A stretch of DNA of 64,000 nucleotides from Eledone cirrhosa (taxonomy: Eukaryota): assembly GCA_964016885.1 (NCBI GenBank), contig OZ024740.1:50716001-50780000 (forward strand). Reading direction: 5' to 3'. Of this stretch, positions 54,531 through 64,000 are shown piece by piece. Made by a program: the position numbers and the translations under genes. The notes beneath the pieces are model-generated. The model was not told where the DNA came from. It was given only the letters and a program-made list of their open reading frames with translations, and made no database searches. Every line of letters starts with the position of its first letter. The first letter of the stretch is position 1.

Positions 54531-55172
54531 TCATCATCATCATCATCATCATCATCATGTTACGTCCGCTCTTCCCTGCTTGCAAGGGTGGGATGGGTCT
54601 TATTCAGCACAGCATCTCTCCACTCGTCATGGTCCTTCGTCATCTCCACCGTGAGCTTCAGAGTTCTGAGGTCTGTTCTCACCACTTCCACCCATGTTTT
54701 TCATGGTCTACCTCCACCACGTCTTCCCTCAACTGGCACTTCCTGGCACCTCTTCACTCATTGGCCACCCTCTATGCGCACCACACGTCCACACCACCCC
54801 AGTCTCCTCTCCCGTACACTACATTCTATCCCTCTCAGACACAGTTTCTCTCTCAACACATTCATGCTGGGTCGCCCACGCACACTGACACTGCACATCC
54901 AATGGAGCACGCCTGCCTCGTTTCTCTCCAGCCGTCGCACATCCTCCGCAGCCGCCGCTCATGCCCCACCACCATGCAGCATCGCGCCCCCCACACAGGC
55001 ATCATATAACCGGCCCCTTGCACGCAGGGAGAAACCCCTCTTCGCCAGCAGAGGAAGCAGCTCCCCAAACCTCCTCCAACCCGTCCCCACTCCAGACACC
55101 ATGGCCTCGGAACACCCCCCTCCCATGCTAATCTGATCTCTTAGGTATCGGAAGCTATCCACCACTTCTATC
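54531..55172 (-). mobile_element. 5'-truncated RTE-clade (BovB-like) non-LTR retrotransposon, decayed, with many A-to-G changes
   Basis: One minus frame translates IEVVDSFRYL..GW..F.ELLPLL..GRLYDACV..AMLHG..RRLERNE..W..V.R..GRP*KTW.EVV..DL, the post-RT C-terminus typical of RTE elements. It has three TGA stops and an (ATG)n tail. Confidence 0.88.
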
Positions 55173-55209
55173 CACCGCCTACATTTGAAAAATATATATA
55201 TATATATAT

Positions 55210-55356
55210 GTTTGGTGACATGATAAATACACCCAGTACATACTGTAAAGTGGTTGGTGATAGGAAGGGCCTCCAGCCATAAAAACCTGTCAAAAACCCA
55301 TCCAACCCATACAAGCATGGAAAAGCAGATGTAAAATAATCACGATGATGATGATA
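55210..55356 (+). mobile_element. SINE family A 3' fragment (diverged)
   Basis: CACCCAGTACATACTGTAAAGTGGTTGGTGATAGGAAGGGCCTCCAG...CCATCCAACCCATACAAGCATGGAAAAGCAGATGTAAAA...(GAT)n. Confidence 0.8.
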
Positions 55357-55779
55357 TTAGATATTAGAAAAATGGAGTTATGGATTTTCCACAATTGAAC
55401 ACAATAGTAAAAGGTTACAAACCCACTAATCTACAGTTAAGTGAACTGAATCACTAATCTAAGTATGTTGGTCATGTAGTCCAACACCTACATACAGACT
55501 CAGCCATCTGCAACAAATTTGCCTATCAAAAAACTATTCAAATTATCATATAAGCTTGTATTTTCTATGACAGATCTTTAAATAACGAACAGGGTAGGTG
55601 AGAGCAATGACATGAAAATTATCATAGAAACAAATTGTCATTAGAAGTAAATGATGTTATAGTGCTTAAGTGGGTGAACTAAAACATTATTGTTGTCATT
55701 TGTATCTTGCTAAATTGACTCATGTAGCATTAAACTACTGATAATACATTTAATCCTACTCTTTAATAATCATGTATAA

Positions 55780-55892
55780 AGGAGTGAATTGGCAGAGTCA
55801 TTAGAGTGTCTGGCTCACTGTGCTTTATGTTCAAATCCAATGAAAGTCACCTTTGCCATTCATCATTATAAGATCAATAAATAAAGTACCAA
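55780..55892 (+). mobile_element. Degraded SINE family B copy
   Basis: TTGGCAGAGTCATTAGAG A-box-like motif, GTTCAAATCC B box, and CTTTGCCATTCATC...ATAAAGTACC. Confidence 0.65.
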
Positions 55893-55907
55893 TCCAGCAA
55901 TAGAGCT

Positions 55908-55909
<2 letters not shown>

Positions 55910-55990
<81 letters not shown>
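55910..55990. repeat. (CT)n microsatellite
   Basis: Directly visible ~80-bp CT run. Confidence 0.97.
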
Positions 55991-56019
55991 TTCACTGTAA
56001 CCAAGTTTAAAATTCTCAA

Positions 56020-56154
56020 GGCTGGTACTTTATTTTATCGACTCCGTAAGGATGAAAGGCAAAGTTAACCTCGATGGGATTTGACCATAAAGAGACGTAA
56101 CTATTTTCTGCAAAGCATGGCATCAGACCCTCTACCGATACTGCCAATCCGCCA
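56020..56154 (-). mobile_element. SINE family B copy (3'-truncated)
   Basis: CTGGTACTTTATTTTATCGACTCCGTAAGGATGAAAGGCAAAGTTAACCTCG...CCCTCTACCGATACTGCCAATCCGCC is the reverse complement of the family B sequence. Confidence 0.85.
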
Positions 56155-56167
56155 TAATAATCCACTA

Positions 56168-56358
56168 TAATAATAATTGTTTATACTTTTGGCACAAGGC
56201 CAGCAATTACCCAGTGTATTACTGGTACTTTATTTTATCGACCCCGTAAGGATGAAAGGCAAAGTTAACCTCGGCGGGATTTGAACTCAGAATGGAAAGG
56301 GCCGTAACTCAATGCGTCAAAGCATGGCGTCCGACCCTCTACCGATACTGCCAATCCA
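56168..56358 (-). mobile_element. SINE family B copy
   Basis: Colinear with 59645-59835 and with the reverse complement of 53614-53791. Confidence 0.88.
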
Positions 56359-56428
56359 ATGATAATAAAGGCACACATAGTTGTGCTTGGTAAAGCAGTA
56401 TTGATGCTCAATAAAAAATAATAATGGA

Positions 56429-56460
<32 letters not shown>

Positions 56461-56461
<1 letters not shown>

Positions 56462-59400
56462 GAAATGAATGAGAATGAACTTGCCAACTTGAAGAATAAA
56501 ATTATGATCGAATGGATGAAAATGAAAGAATCTGACATGGGGGAACGAGACACTCTACTTAAGATCCAGAACTCCAAACAGAACCAAAAGATAATATACA
56601 AGACTAACATAATTCTCAAAAACATTATCATCACAACATCACAAACAAACTAAACATTACTGATCTAAATCATCTCTATTATGCATCGGCTAAAGTCACC
56701 ACTCACTTATGTGGAGTGAAAATGAAAAAAAAAAGGAATTCCCACAAGAAATCTACTTGGCAAGAGAACATCAATCGCCAAATAAACCTTCTCCGATCTG
56801 ACATAGAAATTTTAACAAACTACAAAGTAGGTGAACATGTTAAACAAGCTAAACTTAGAAAATTGAAAAGAAAATACAGTATAAAATCAACAAGTGACAT
56901 AGACATGCTGATAGAAATAATCAAGCAAAAAGTGTCGGCCAAAGCTGCTCTTATAAGGCGCTTTGAAAAACGATCTAGATTCTATGAGGGCAATAATATG
57001 TTCAAAAACAACCAAAGAAACTTCTACAGAAAAATTGGCAAGTCAACAATAACTGCTAAATCAATACCACCCAAGGAGGAAGTGCAAGAATTCTGGGAAA
57101 AGATCTGGGCCGAAGAAAAAGTTCATAATATACATGCCCCATGGATAGACAGACAAATGAAAGATACAGCTCACCTTGAGGAACAAACATGGGAAAATAT
57201 AACAGTTGAACAGTTACGTTTGGCTCTTAGAAAAACCAGCAAATGGAAATCCCCAGGAAAAGACAAAATACCAAATTTTTGGATAAATGCCTTCACAGAG
57301 TCTCATGAGCTGTTAGCCCAACTTTACAATGAAATAGTTAAGGAGCCAGAAAAGATACCACCATGGCTAGTTAACGGCATTACATTACTATTTCCGAAGA
57401 ATGATGAGACAAACAATCCAAAAAATTACAGACCGATAACTTGCTTGACCACAATGTATAAAATGTTAACATCAGTCCTAACTGAATATACATATGACCA
57501 CCTGATAACAAATGATCTATTTCCCAATGAGCAGAAAGGGTGTAAACGAGGCTCATATGGCTGTAAAGATCAGCTTTTGGTTAACAAAATGATACTGGAA
57601 GATTGTCATAATAGACACAAAAATCTATCAATTGCTTGGATAGATTATAAAAAAGCATTCGATAGTTTGCCACACAGTTGGATTGAAAAATGTTTAGAGA
57701 TTTTCAAAATATCTTCCATTGTCAGGAGGTTCCTGTCATTCAGTATGAAGACATGGAAAACGACACTCCTTTTGAATAGTGAAAAAATCAATGGAAGCTG
57801 GGGAGAAGTTAATATTAATTGTGGAATTTTTCAGGGTGACTCTTTATCACCGCTTTTATTCTGCATCGCACTTATACCATTAAGTAAAATGCTCAATGAA
57901 ACAAAACATGGATATAAAGTCTATGACAAAACCATTAATCACTTGTTCTACATGGATGACCTGAAACTATTTGTAAAAAATGATGAACAATTGCAAGGGC
58001 TATTATCCACTGTGGAGCAGTTCAGTGTTGACATTAAAATGGAGTATGGACTAGACAAATGCGCCAAAGCAACGTTCACCAGAGGAAAGCTGCTGAAAAG
58101 TTTAGACATTAATCTTGATTGGGAGGAATGTGATAAGAGAACTTGATCAAGAGGAAACTTACAAATATCTAGGTGTTTGTGAAGGAGACGGAATCAAGCA
58201 CTCGACAATGAGGGAAAGGATAAGGAAGGAATGTTACCGCAGAGTAAGAGCAATCTTAAGAACGGAATTGAATGCAAAGAATAGGATCGATGCCATAAAC
58301 ACGCTTGCCATACCAGTAGTAACCTACAGTTACAATGTCATCAACTGGTCAAGCACAGAGATCTGTAGGCTCGATACAAAAATTAGAAAATTCTTAACCA
58401 TGCACAGAATGCATCACCCTAAGGCAGATACAGGTAGAATATATCTTCCTAGGAAAGAAGGAGGACGTGGGTTAATCCAATTAGATATTGTGTTGAAAAC
58501 AGCAACAATTGGGTTATCTACATATCTAAGGGAATCACATGATTGGATGATCAAACTCGTTTTGAAACACGAAAGCATCAAAAGATCATACTCCATTACA
58601 AAAGATGCACAAAGATACAGTAATGGACTACAAATTTCAGAAGTTCCATTTACTGCTGAAATGAAAAACACAGAAAAAGCAAAGCAGGTAAAAGTAACTG
58701 CAAAGAAAGAACTGCTACAGAAACTGGCTAAGAAATGGCAAGAAAAGCCTCTGTATGGAAAACACCCAGAAAGAGCTAACAATCCTGATGTTGACAAAAC
58801 ATCAGTGGTTGGCATCCTCTGGACTGAAATCTGAGACTGAAGGACTGATTATATCAGCACAAGATCAGTGTCTGCCAACAAAAAATTACCAAGCCAACAT
58901 AATAAAAAATGGATGCAACCCATTATGCCGTGTATGTAAAAAACAACCAGAGACCATTGATCATATAATTTCAATGTGCAGTCCTATAGCTCCAACCGAA
59001 TACCTAAACAGGCATGACAGAGCTGCACAATACATACATTGGATAATGTGTAAGCATTTTGACCTGCCCCATCAAAAGAATTGGTGGGAGCATCAACCAC
59101 CTCCCATACTTGAAAAAGATCACATCTCAATCTTGTGGAACTTTAGCATCCAAACAGACCGAAAAATAGATGCAAATAGACCTGATATAATACTGAAGGA
59201 CTTTAAAAAGAGGGTATGCCTGCTAATTGATATGTCAGTTGTAATAGACAAGAATGTATCTATAAAAACATTTGAAAAATTGAGCAAGTATAAGGACCTG
59301 GAGATAGAAATTGGAAAAATGTGGAAATTGAGAACTAAAATAATACCAGTGGTTGTAGGCGTTCTAGGAATGATACCTAAGGGGTCTAATGATTACTTAT

Positions 59401-59640
59401 CACAAATCCCAGGAAACCCACGTATAGGAAGGAGAAATACAAAAGATAGTACTAATGGGAACTGCCCATATACTAAGGAAGATTCTGTCAATATAAGTAC
59501 ATCACAAGTCTAAACACTAAAGATGCATGTGTGTGTATGTATGTTCTTTCTTGAACATGGCGGACCTTGTTGTCTCTTGAGGTCACTGGTTGTGACTTGG
59601 TGATAACTCGTATGAACATAAAGCAAGATAAATGCAACTG
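56461..59640 (+). mobile_element. R4/Dong-type non-LTR retrotransposon (RT plus restriction-like endonuclease), 5'-truncated and frameshifted
   Basis: RT motifs (WKSPGKD, NYRPITCL, EQKG, IDYKKAFDS, GIFQGDSLSPLLF, FYMDDLK, YKYLG, GGRGL), CCHC knuckle CRVC..ETIDHIISMC, RHD and PD..D/K RLE motifs. (TAA)n at both ends, matching the known Dong target. Confidence 0.92.
56465..59496 (+). pseudogene. Disrupted RT-RLE ORF of the R4/Dong-type element
   Basis: ORF pieces 56465-56653, 56716-58146, 58115-58834 and 58755-59513 join through about four frameshifts (near 56645, 58120, 58800, 59430). The natural end EIQKIVLMGTAHILRKILSI* stops at 59496. Confidence 0.85.
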
Positions 59641-59644
59641 TAAT

Positions 59645-59835
59645 AATAATTGTTTCTACTTTAGGCACAAGGCCAGCAATTACTCAGTACATTACTGGTA
59701 CTTTATTTTATCGACCCCGTAAGGATGAAAGGCAAAGTTAACCTCGGCAGGATTTGAACTCAAACCGTAAAGGGACGTAACTATGCTAGAAAGCATGGCG
59801 TCCAACCCTCTACTGATACTGCCAATTCACCGCCC
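59645..59835 (-). mobile_element. SINE family B copy between the two LINE 3' ends
   Basis: Same sequence as 56168-56358, with (TAA)n on both sides. Confidence 0.88.
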
Positions 59836-59836
59836 T

Positions 59837-59837
<1 letters not shown>

Positions 59838-59877
<40 letters not shown>
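59838..59877. repeat. (TAA)n microsatellite at the Tx1-like 3' junction
   Basis: Directly visible. Confidence 0.95.
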
Positions 59878-59879
<2 letters not shown>

Positions 59880-60898
59880 TTTCATTTATTGGCCACAAGG
59901 GCCAACATGTAGGGGACAATACAAAGACACGGACAGTGGGGGTTTACAATAAGTTTTAGTAAAAGTGCACAATAGCAAATTTAAGAATGAAAATATAAAA
60001 TAAACTATGTATAAACATAACAAAATAAATTCCCCAATATGGGGGTGGACAACCCAAGGGCGACTCAGGTAACCCACCAATCCTGAACCACCCAATGCTT
60101 CTAGGGCACCCAGGGAGGGCACCCCTCTCCTCCTTAAATTAACCAGCCTACAGGCGCATGGTATGGGGGAGTGGAGCACTTCTCTCTCCACCCTCACCTT
60201 CCTTTCCAGGTGAAACTTGAAGAAGTTGATGAGGGATTGGCCGAAGAGAAAAGTGTTTGTCTTCAGTCCTTTCAACCTCGTCCACCATACAACCTCTTTC
60301 GCTACTGCCACCAGTCAGAGGAATATTGCCTGCCCTTCCTGGCCAAAAGAAGGCGGCGGGTCGATCTTCACTATGGACTCGGCCGATAGCCGGATCCGTT
60401 CTACACGCGACAACAGCTGTTCAACATAACTCCACAAGTCAGTAATGCACGGACACTGGACGAGTGCATGCAGAACGGTTTCGTCGCTCTGCGCGCATCT
60501 CGGGCAGGTCCGTCTGACAGCACTTCCGTGCCTGTAGAGTTTATCTCGAACCGGCAGTGCCCCCCCCCCCCCCGTAGCACTGCCAAGCGAGGGATTTTTG
60601 GAAATTCTCCATCGTCCCCGGCTCGAAAGTCCTCCGGTACAGACTGGTTAGTTTGACTTCGTTGACTCCCAGAGCCTCTCCGAGTGCGTCGTCGCTCTTG
60701 CTCACCACTAATCCTCTATAGAACTCGAGAGTGGAAGTTCCACTGACCGCATTTCCCGCCTGGTATAGGGCAGTGAGTGACTGGCAACATTCCAGATGCC
60801 AGTCACCCAGTCTCGGTCTCTTCTTGACCCAGGACTGCAACTCAGTCAAAGAAACGAGCTGCGGAAAGGCCCATCTGACAAACGGCGACCACACCTGT

Positions 60899-63508
60899 TC
60901 ACCGTTTAGGCAGAATATCTGGAGATGCCACATACCTGCGCATCATTAGCCACGGCATGCCCAGCCCTCCATGTAGAGGGTGCTGGCAGCAGATGGACCG
61001 CCTCACCAGCGGAACCTGACCCCTCCACAAGAATTTGAAGAGGAGCCGCTCCAAGATGGCGAGGCGCGAACGGGGGCAAGGGACGACAGTCAGACGGTAG
61101 TAGATGACGGACGCGATGTACGCGTTCGCCACCTCCGCCCGACGTTTCAGTGATAGCTTCATCCCAGCCCATTTCTGGGTGAGACTGACTACCCTGCCCG
61201 TCACCTCGTCCCAATTCTTATCCTCCTGGAGGTCTGGCCCGAACCAAACCCCTAGCAACTTTACCGGTCCGTCCGTCCAGCGCCTAACGACGCTGTTGGA
61301 CGGCATGGACTTGCCTCTCCAGGTGCCGAGTTGCCAGCCCACTGACTTTTCCGGGTTAAGTTTTGCTCCCGTCAACCTTTCATATTCCTCCAATAAGTTG
61401 CTGACCACCTCTATTTCTGAGGTGTCCGACACCATCACGGTGATGTCGTCTGCATAAGCCGACACAGCCTTTCCGCATCCCGGTTCGAGCGGGATGCCCT
61501 GCAACAGCTTCAGCTTCCGCAGTAAAGGCTCGAGAGTCAACACGTACAGAAGGGAGGAGAGAAGGCACCCTTGACGGACCGATCGGGAGACCTGAAACGG
61601 TTCCGACAGGTGGCCATTAATTTTGACCATCGAGCAGGTGCTGCTGTGCATTGCAGCGATCCAGCTTCTGAAGATGGGACCAAAGCCAGCCGTCTTGAGG
61701 ACAGCCTCCAGGTACCGATGGTCGACCCTATCGAATGCTTTCGATTGATCTAAATTGATCAGAGCCCCACCAAAGCCAGGTTTACACCCTACCCTCTCTA
61801 TGATGTATCGCATTAGGTGGAGGTTGTCGTGTATGGACCTGGTTGGGATTGCGCAAGTTTGCGTCTCCCCAACCAAATCCCCGACGACAAGCGCCAACCT
61901 CTTCGCTAACACCCTGGCCAAAATCTTAAACTCTGTGTTGAGCAGAGTTATGGGCCTGAAATTGTCTAATGTGTCCCTCTTGTTCTCGTCTTTCCTTATC
62001 AGCGTCACTACGCCCTGGCTCACAGAACTGGGAATACTCCCGTTTTGCTGCCAGTTGCAGTAGAGGGCTTCGAGGAGATTGGAGAACAAGTCTGGCATAT
62101 TTACGTAAAGCTCATAGGGCAGACCATCCAAACCAGGTGACTTGCACCTCATGTAGCCTACAAGGGCATCCTGAATCTCGGCTGAAGTAATTGGCCTTTC
62201 GCAGCGCCCAGCATCAGCCGTCGAGAGTTGCGGCAAGCCATCGAGGTAGGGACTGAAGTCCGCCACCATCTCTGACCCGCCACTTCCCCCGAACAACCGA
62301 GCAAAATGTTGGCGAAAGGCCTCACACATCCTCTTGGAATCGTTCAGCTCGTGCCCATCTCGGTCTGTCAAAGACCGAATCGTGGTTTTATTACCACGCT
62401 GCGCCTCTGCCACGTGGGCCCATCGAACAGCTTTGGTTCCCTCGTTTCTCAGAGCATGCGCCTTAGCTCTGACAATGCAACCTTCGTGTTTCGCATTGAA
62501 GAAATGGTCTAATGCCATTCTCGCCGCTAGCACATCAGTTGCAATGCCACTACCAATAGCCTCGTCTAACTTATCTACCAACTCCCCCTCCTTTCTATTT
62601 TTCTCTAATGCTACTTCTTTGCTAAACTCTATCGACATTACTCTAATCTCTCTTTTGAGAGCCCCCCACAATCTATTGTTGACGACACCCCCTGTCAACT
62701 TTTTCTTAACTAAATTGTTGACCTGGTCCCCGTAAGCCTTACGTGCCGTAAATGACATGTTTAGCTTCCAGTAACCAGGTCCTAACCTACGCATCTTATC
62801 TAGGTCGACCATACAGATCACAAACTTGTGATCTGAATAGGCGACCATTTCAAAACGTGGACAGCTTACACTATTTCTGTCTATTTTCCTAATGAATATC
62901 CTGTCTATATACGATCTAGATGACCCTATGAGGTTAGCCCAGGTCCACACTGGCGCATTAGGGAAATCTAGTCGGTACCTGTCAGACAGTTGGAACTGGC
63001 TGATCAGGTTCTTGAGGCTTTTGTACCCCCCGCTCCTATCGGATACTCCCACACAGTCCCAGCGTGCGTCTAAGATGCCGTTACAGTCCCCCGCTAACAG
63101 TAAAGGGCGAGACGTACCCAGAAAGGCTTCCAGGCGTCTAAAGAAGTCCAGCCGTCCTGCCCCAGTAGGAGCATAGACGGCCACCAGTCTAAAGGCACCA
63201 CTTTCATTATTGTTCGCGTCCAGGACCACCAACTTCCCGTCCGGGTCCCGGAAGATCGATCTTACCTCGAGATCCAGGCCTTTCCTAAACAGCACTGCCA
63301 CCCCGCCTCCCATTCCCGGCCGGCTAACAGATGCAAAGATCTGATAGTCGTCGAAAATGGGGGCTAGTGCGCGCGTGTCAGAAATCCTGGTCTCGTTGAC
63401 TGCAATTACATCCATTTCTATAGACCTGAGGTCGTTGAGCAGGTGACCCTGCTTCCAGGACGATCCCAGGCCTCGAACATTTAAACATCCTACTCTTAAT
63501 ACGGCCAT
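60899..63508 (-). CDS. Tx1-like ORF2: AP endonuclease plus reverse transcriptase (869 aa open; C-terminus continues after frameshifts)
   Basis: APE motifs LNVRGL, NET, VYAP, GDCN, IDRIF, SDH. RT motifs KSPGLDG, FRPITLLN, KAFD, VRQG, YADD, GGLG. Frameshifts near 60930 and at the poly-C run near 60560. CPRCAQSDETVLHALVQC knuckle downstream (~60455-60508). Confidence 0.88.
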   Translation of the reverse strand: MAVLRVGCLNVRGLGSSWKQGHLLNDLRSIEMDVIAVNETRISDTRALAPIFDDYQIFASVSRPGMGGGVAVLFRKGLDLEVRSIFRDPDGKLVVLDANNNESGAFRLVAVYAPTGAGRLDFFRRLEAFLGTSRPLLLAGDCNGILDARWDCVGVSDRSGGYKSLKNLISQFQLSDRYRLDFPNAPVWTWANLIGSSRSYIDRIFIRKIDRNSVSCPRFEMVAYSDHKFVICMVDLDKMRRLGPGYWKLNMSFTARKAYGDQVNNLVKKKLTGGVVNNRLWGALKREIRVMSIEFSKEVALEKNRKEGELVDKLDEAIGSGIATDVLAARMALDHFFNAKHEGCIVRAKAHALRNEGTKAVRWAHVAEAQRGNKTTIRSLTDRDGHELNDSKRMCEAFRQHFARLFGGSGGSEMVADFSPYLDGLPQLSTADAGRCERPITSAEIQDALVGYMRCKSPGLDGLPYELYVNMPDLFSNLLEALYCNWQQNGSIPSSVSQGVVTLIRKDENKRDTLDNFRPITLLNTEFKILARVLAKRLALVVGDLVGETQTCAIPTRSIHDNLHLMRYIIERVGCKPGFGGALINLDQSKAFDRVDHRYLEAVLKTAGFGPIFRSWIAAMHSSTCSMVKINGHLSEPFQVSRSVRQGCLLSSLLYVLTLEPLLRKLKLLQGIPLEPGCGKAVSAYADDITVMVSDTSEIEVVSNLLEEYERLTGAKLNPEKSVGWQLGTWRGKSMPSNSVVRRWTDGPVKLLGVWFGPDLQEDKNWDEVTGRVVSLTQKWAGMKLSLKRRAEVANAYIASVIYYRLTVVPCPRSRLAILERLLFKFLWRGQVPLVRRSICCQHPLHGGLGMPWLMMRRYVASPDILPKR

Positions 63509-63539
63509 GTTGGCAGGTTAAACAGAGAGAGAGGAAGGT

Positions 63540-64000
63540 TTACTTACCTTCCGGGCTCTTGTGAAGGTCGGGTTGTTCGACCTCCATAGTTAGTGGGGTT
63601 TCTTTTGGGAACCCCTTTAAAAGTCTTGAAGTGGGTTTTACGTTCGGGGTTCCCACGTCCCGAGGAAAGCTGTCTCGTATTTCTTTGAATATGTCGAGCG
63701 ACATTCGCACCAGAACCAAATCTTCCGGCACGCGAAATGTGCTCGATTTAAAAATTGCCGCCTCTTTTTGTATATTTTCACTTCGTGCTACGAGGGCCAT
63801 CAGTTCCTTGTTGGCCCTCCTGACGAGCACGAAGTTTTGTATGTTTTGTTGGTGTGATTTTATTTGTTTGCGTGGTTGTGGTGGTGATAGTTTTGGTGGT
63901 GTTGTTTCGGTTGTATCTGTGTTTGTTGTGAGTGCGGTGTCTGTGGTTTCAGATGTTTGTGTGTATATTTGTTCTTGCGTCTGTTTCGGTTGTTTGCGTT
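63540..64000 (-). CDS. C-terminal part of the Tx1-like ORF1 (start lies outside the window)
   Basis: The frame of the 63540-63830 ORF stays open to the window edge (RKQPKQTQEQIYTQTSETTDTALTT..., T/Q/P/K-rich). It stops 31 nt before the ORF2 ATG. Confidence 0.7.
   Translation of the reverse strand, partial: RKQPKQTQEQIYTQTSETTDTALTTNTDTTETTPPKLSPPQPRKQIKSHQQNIQNFVLVRRANKELMALVARSENIQKEAAIFKSSTFRVPEDLVLVRMSLDIFKEIRDSFPRDVGTPNVKPTSRLLKGFPKETPLTMEVEQPDLHKSPEGK

Larger units (their letters stand above)
59878..64000 (-). mobile_element. Tx1-clade (L1 group) non-LTR retrotransposon, running off the window's right edge
   Basis: Two-ORF layout. ORF2 has APE, RT and a CCHC motif. The 3' end reads GGCCCTTGTGGCCAATAAATGAAATC(ATT)n. 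The GPGYWKLN, DQSKAFDRVDH and LLGVWF motifs are typical of Tx1-type elements. Confidence 0.9.

Noticed and set aside
54391-55136. Plus-strand ORFs of 64-182 aa
   Set aside because: Antisense to the RTE fragment, and open because of the C-rich, stop-poor composition.
58414-63176. ORFs antisense or out-of-frame to the two LINE ORFs
   Set aside because: Shadow frames with no recognisable motifs.

Overview
Eukaryotic, gene-free repeat DNA. The SINE and LINE families look like those of an octopus or other coleoid cephalopod (inference from recalled family motifs, not a search). Bases 1-~50,100 are one tandem array of a 48-bp monomer (consensus GTCATTACAAAAAGCACCYAGTCCACACTGTAAAGTGRTCTTGTAGGT, roughly 1,045 copies, open at the window's left edge) with nested higher-order duplications. 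At its right edge the array runs without a break into the 3' half of a tRNA-derived SINE. Full-length SINE copies nearby contain one monomer-like unit bounded by short direct repeats, so the satellite appears to be SINE-born. The last ~14 kb hold two SINE families, (TA)n/(ATG)n/(TAA)n/(CT)n microsatellites, Penelope-like fragments with hammerhead-ribozyme motifs and inverted repeats, a decayed R4/Dong-type LINE, a Tx1-type LINE, and an RTE LINE 3' fragment. The RTE fragment carries dense sense-strand A-to-G changes, suggesting an ADAR-hyperedited RNA that was retrotransposed into the genome. All ORFs in the satellite are artefacts of the 48-bp (16-codon) period. No host gene is supported.
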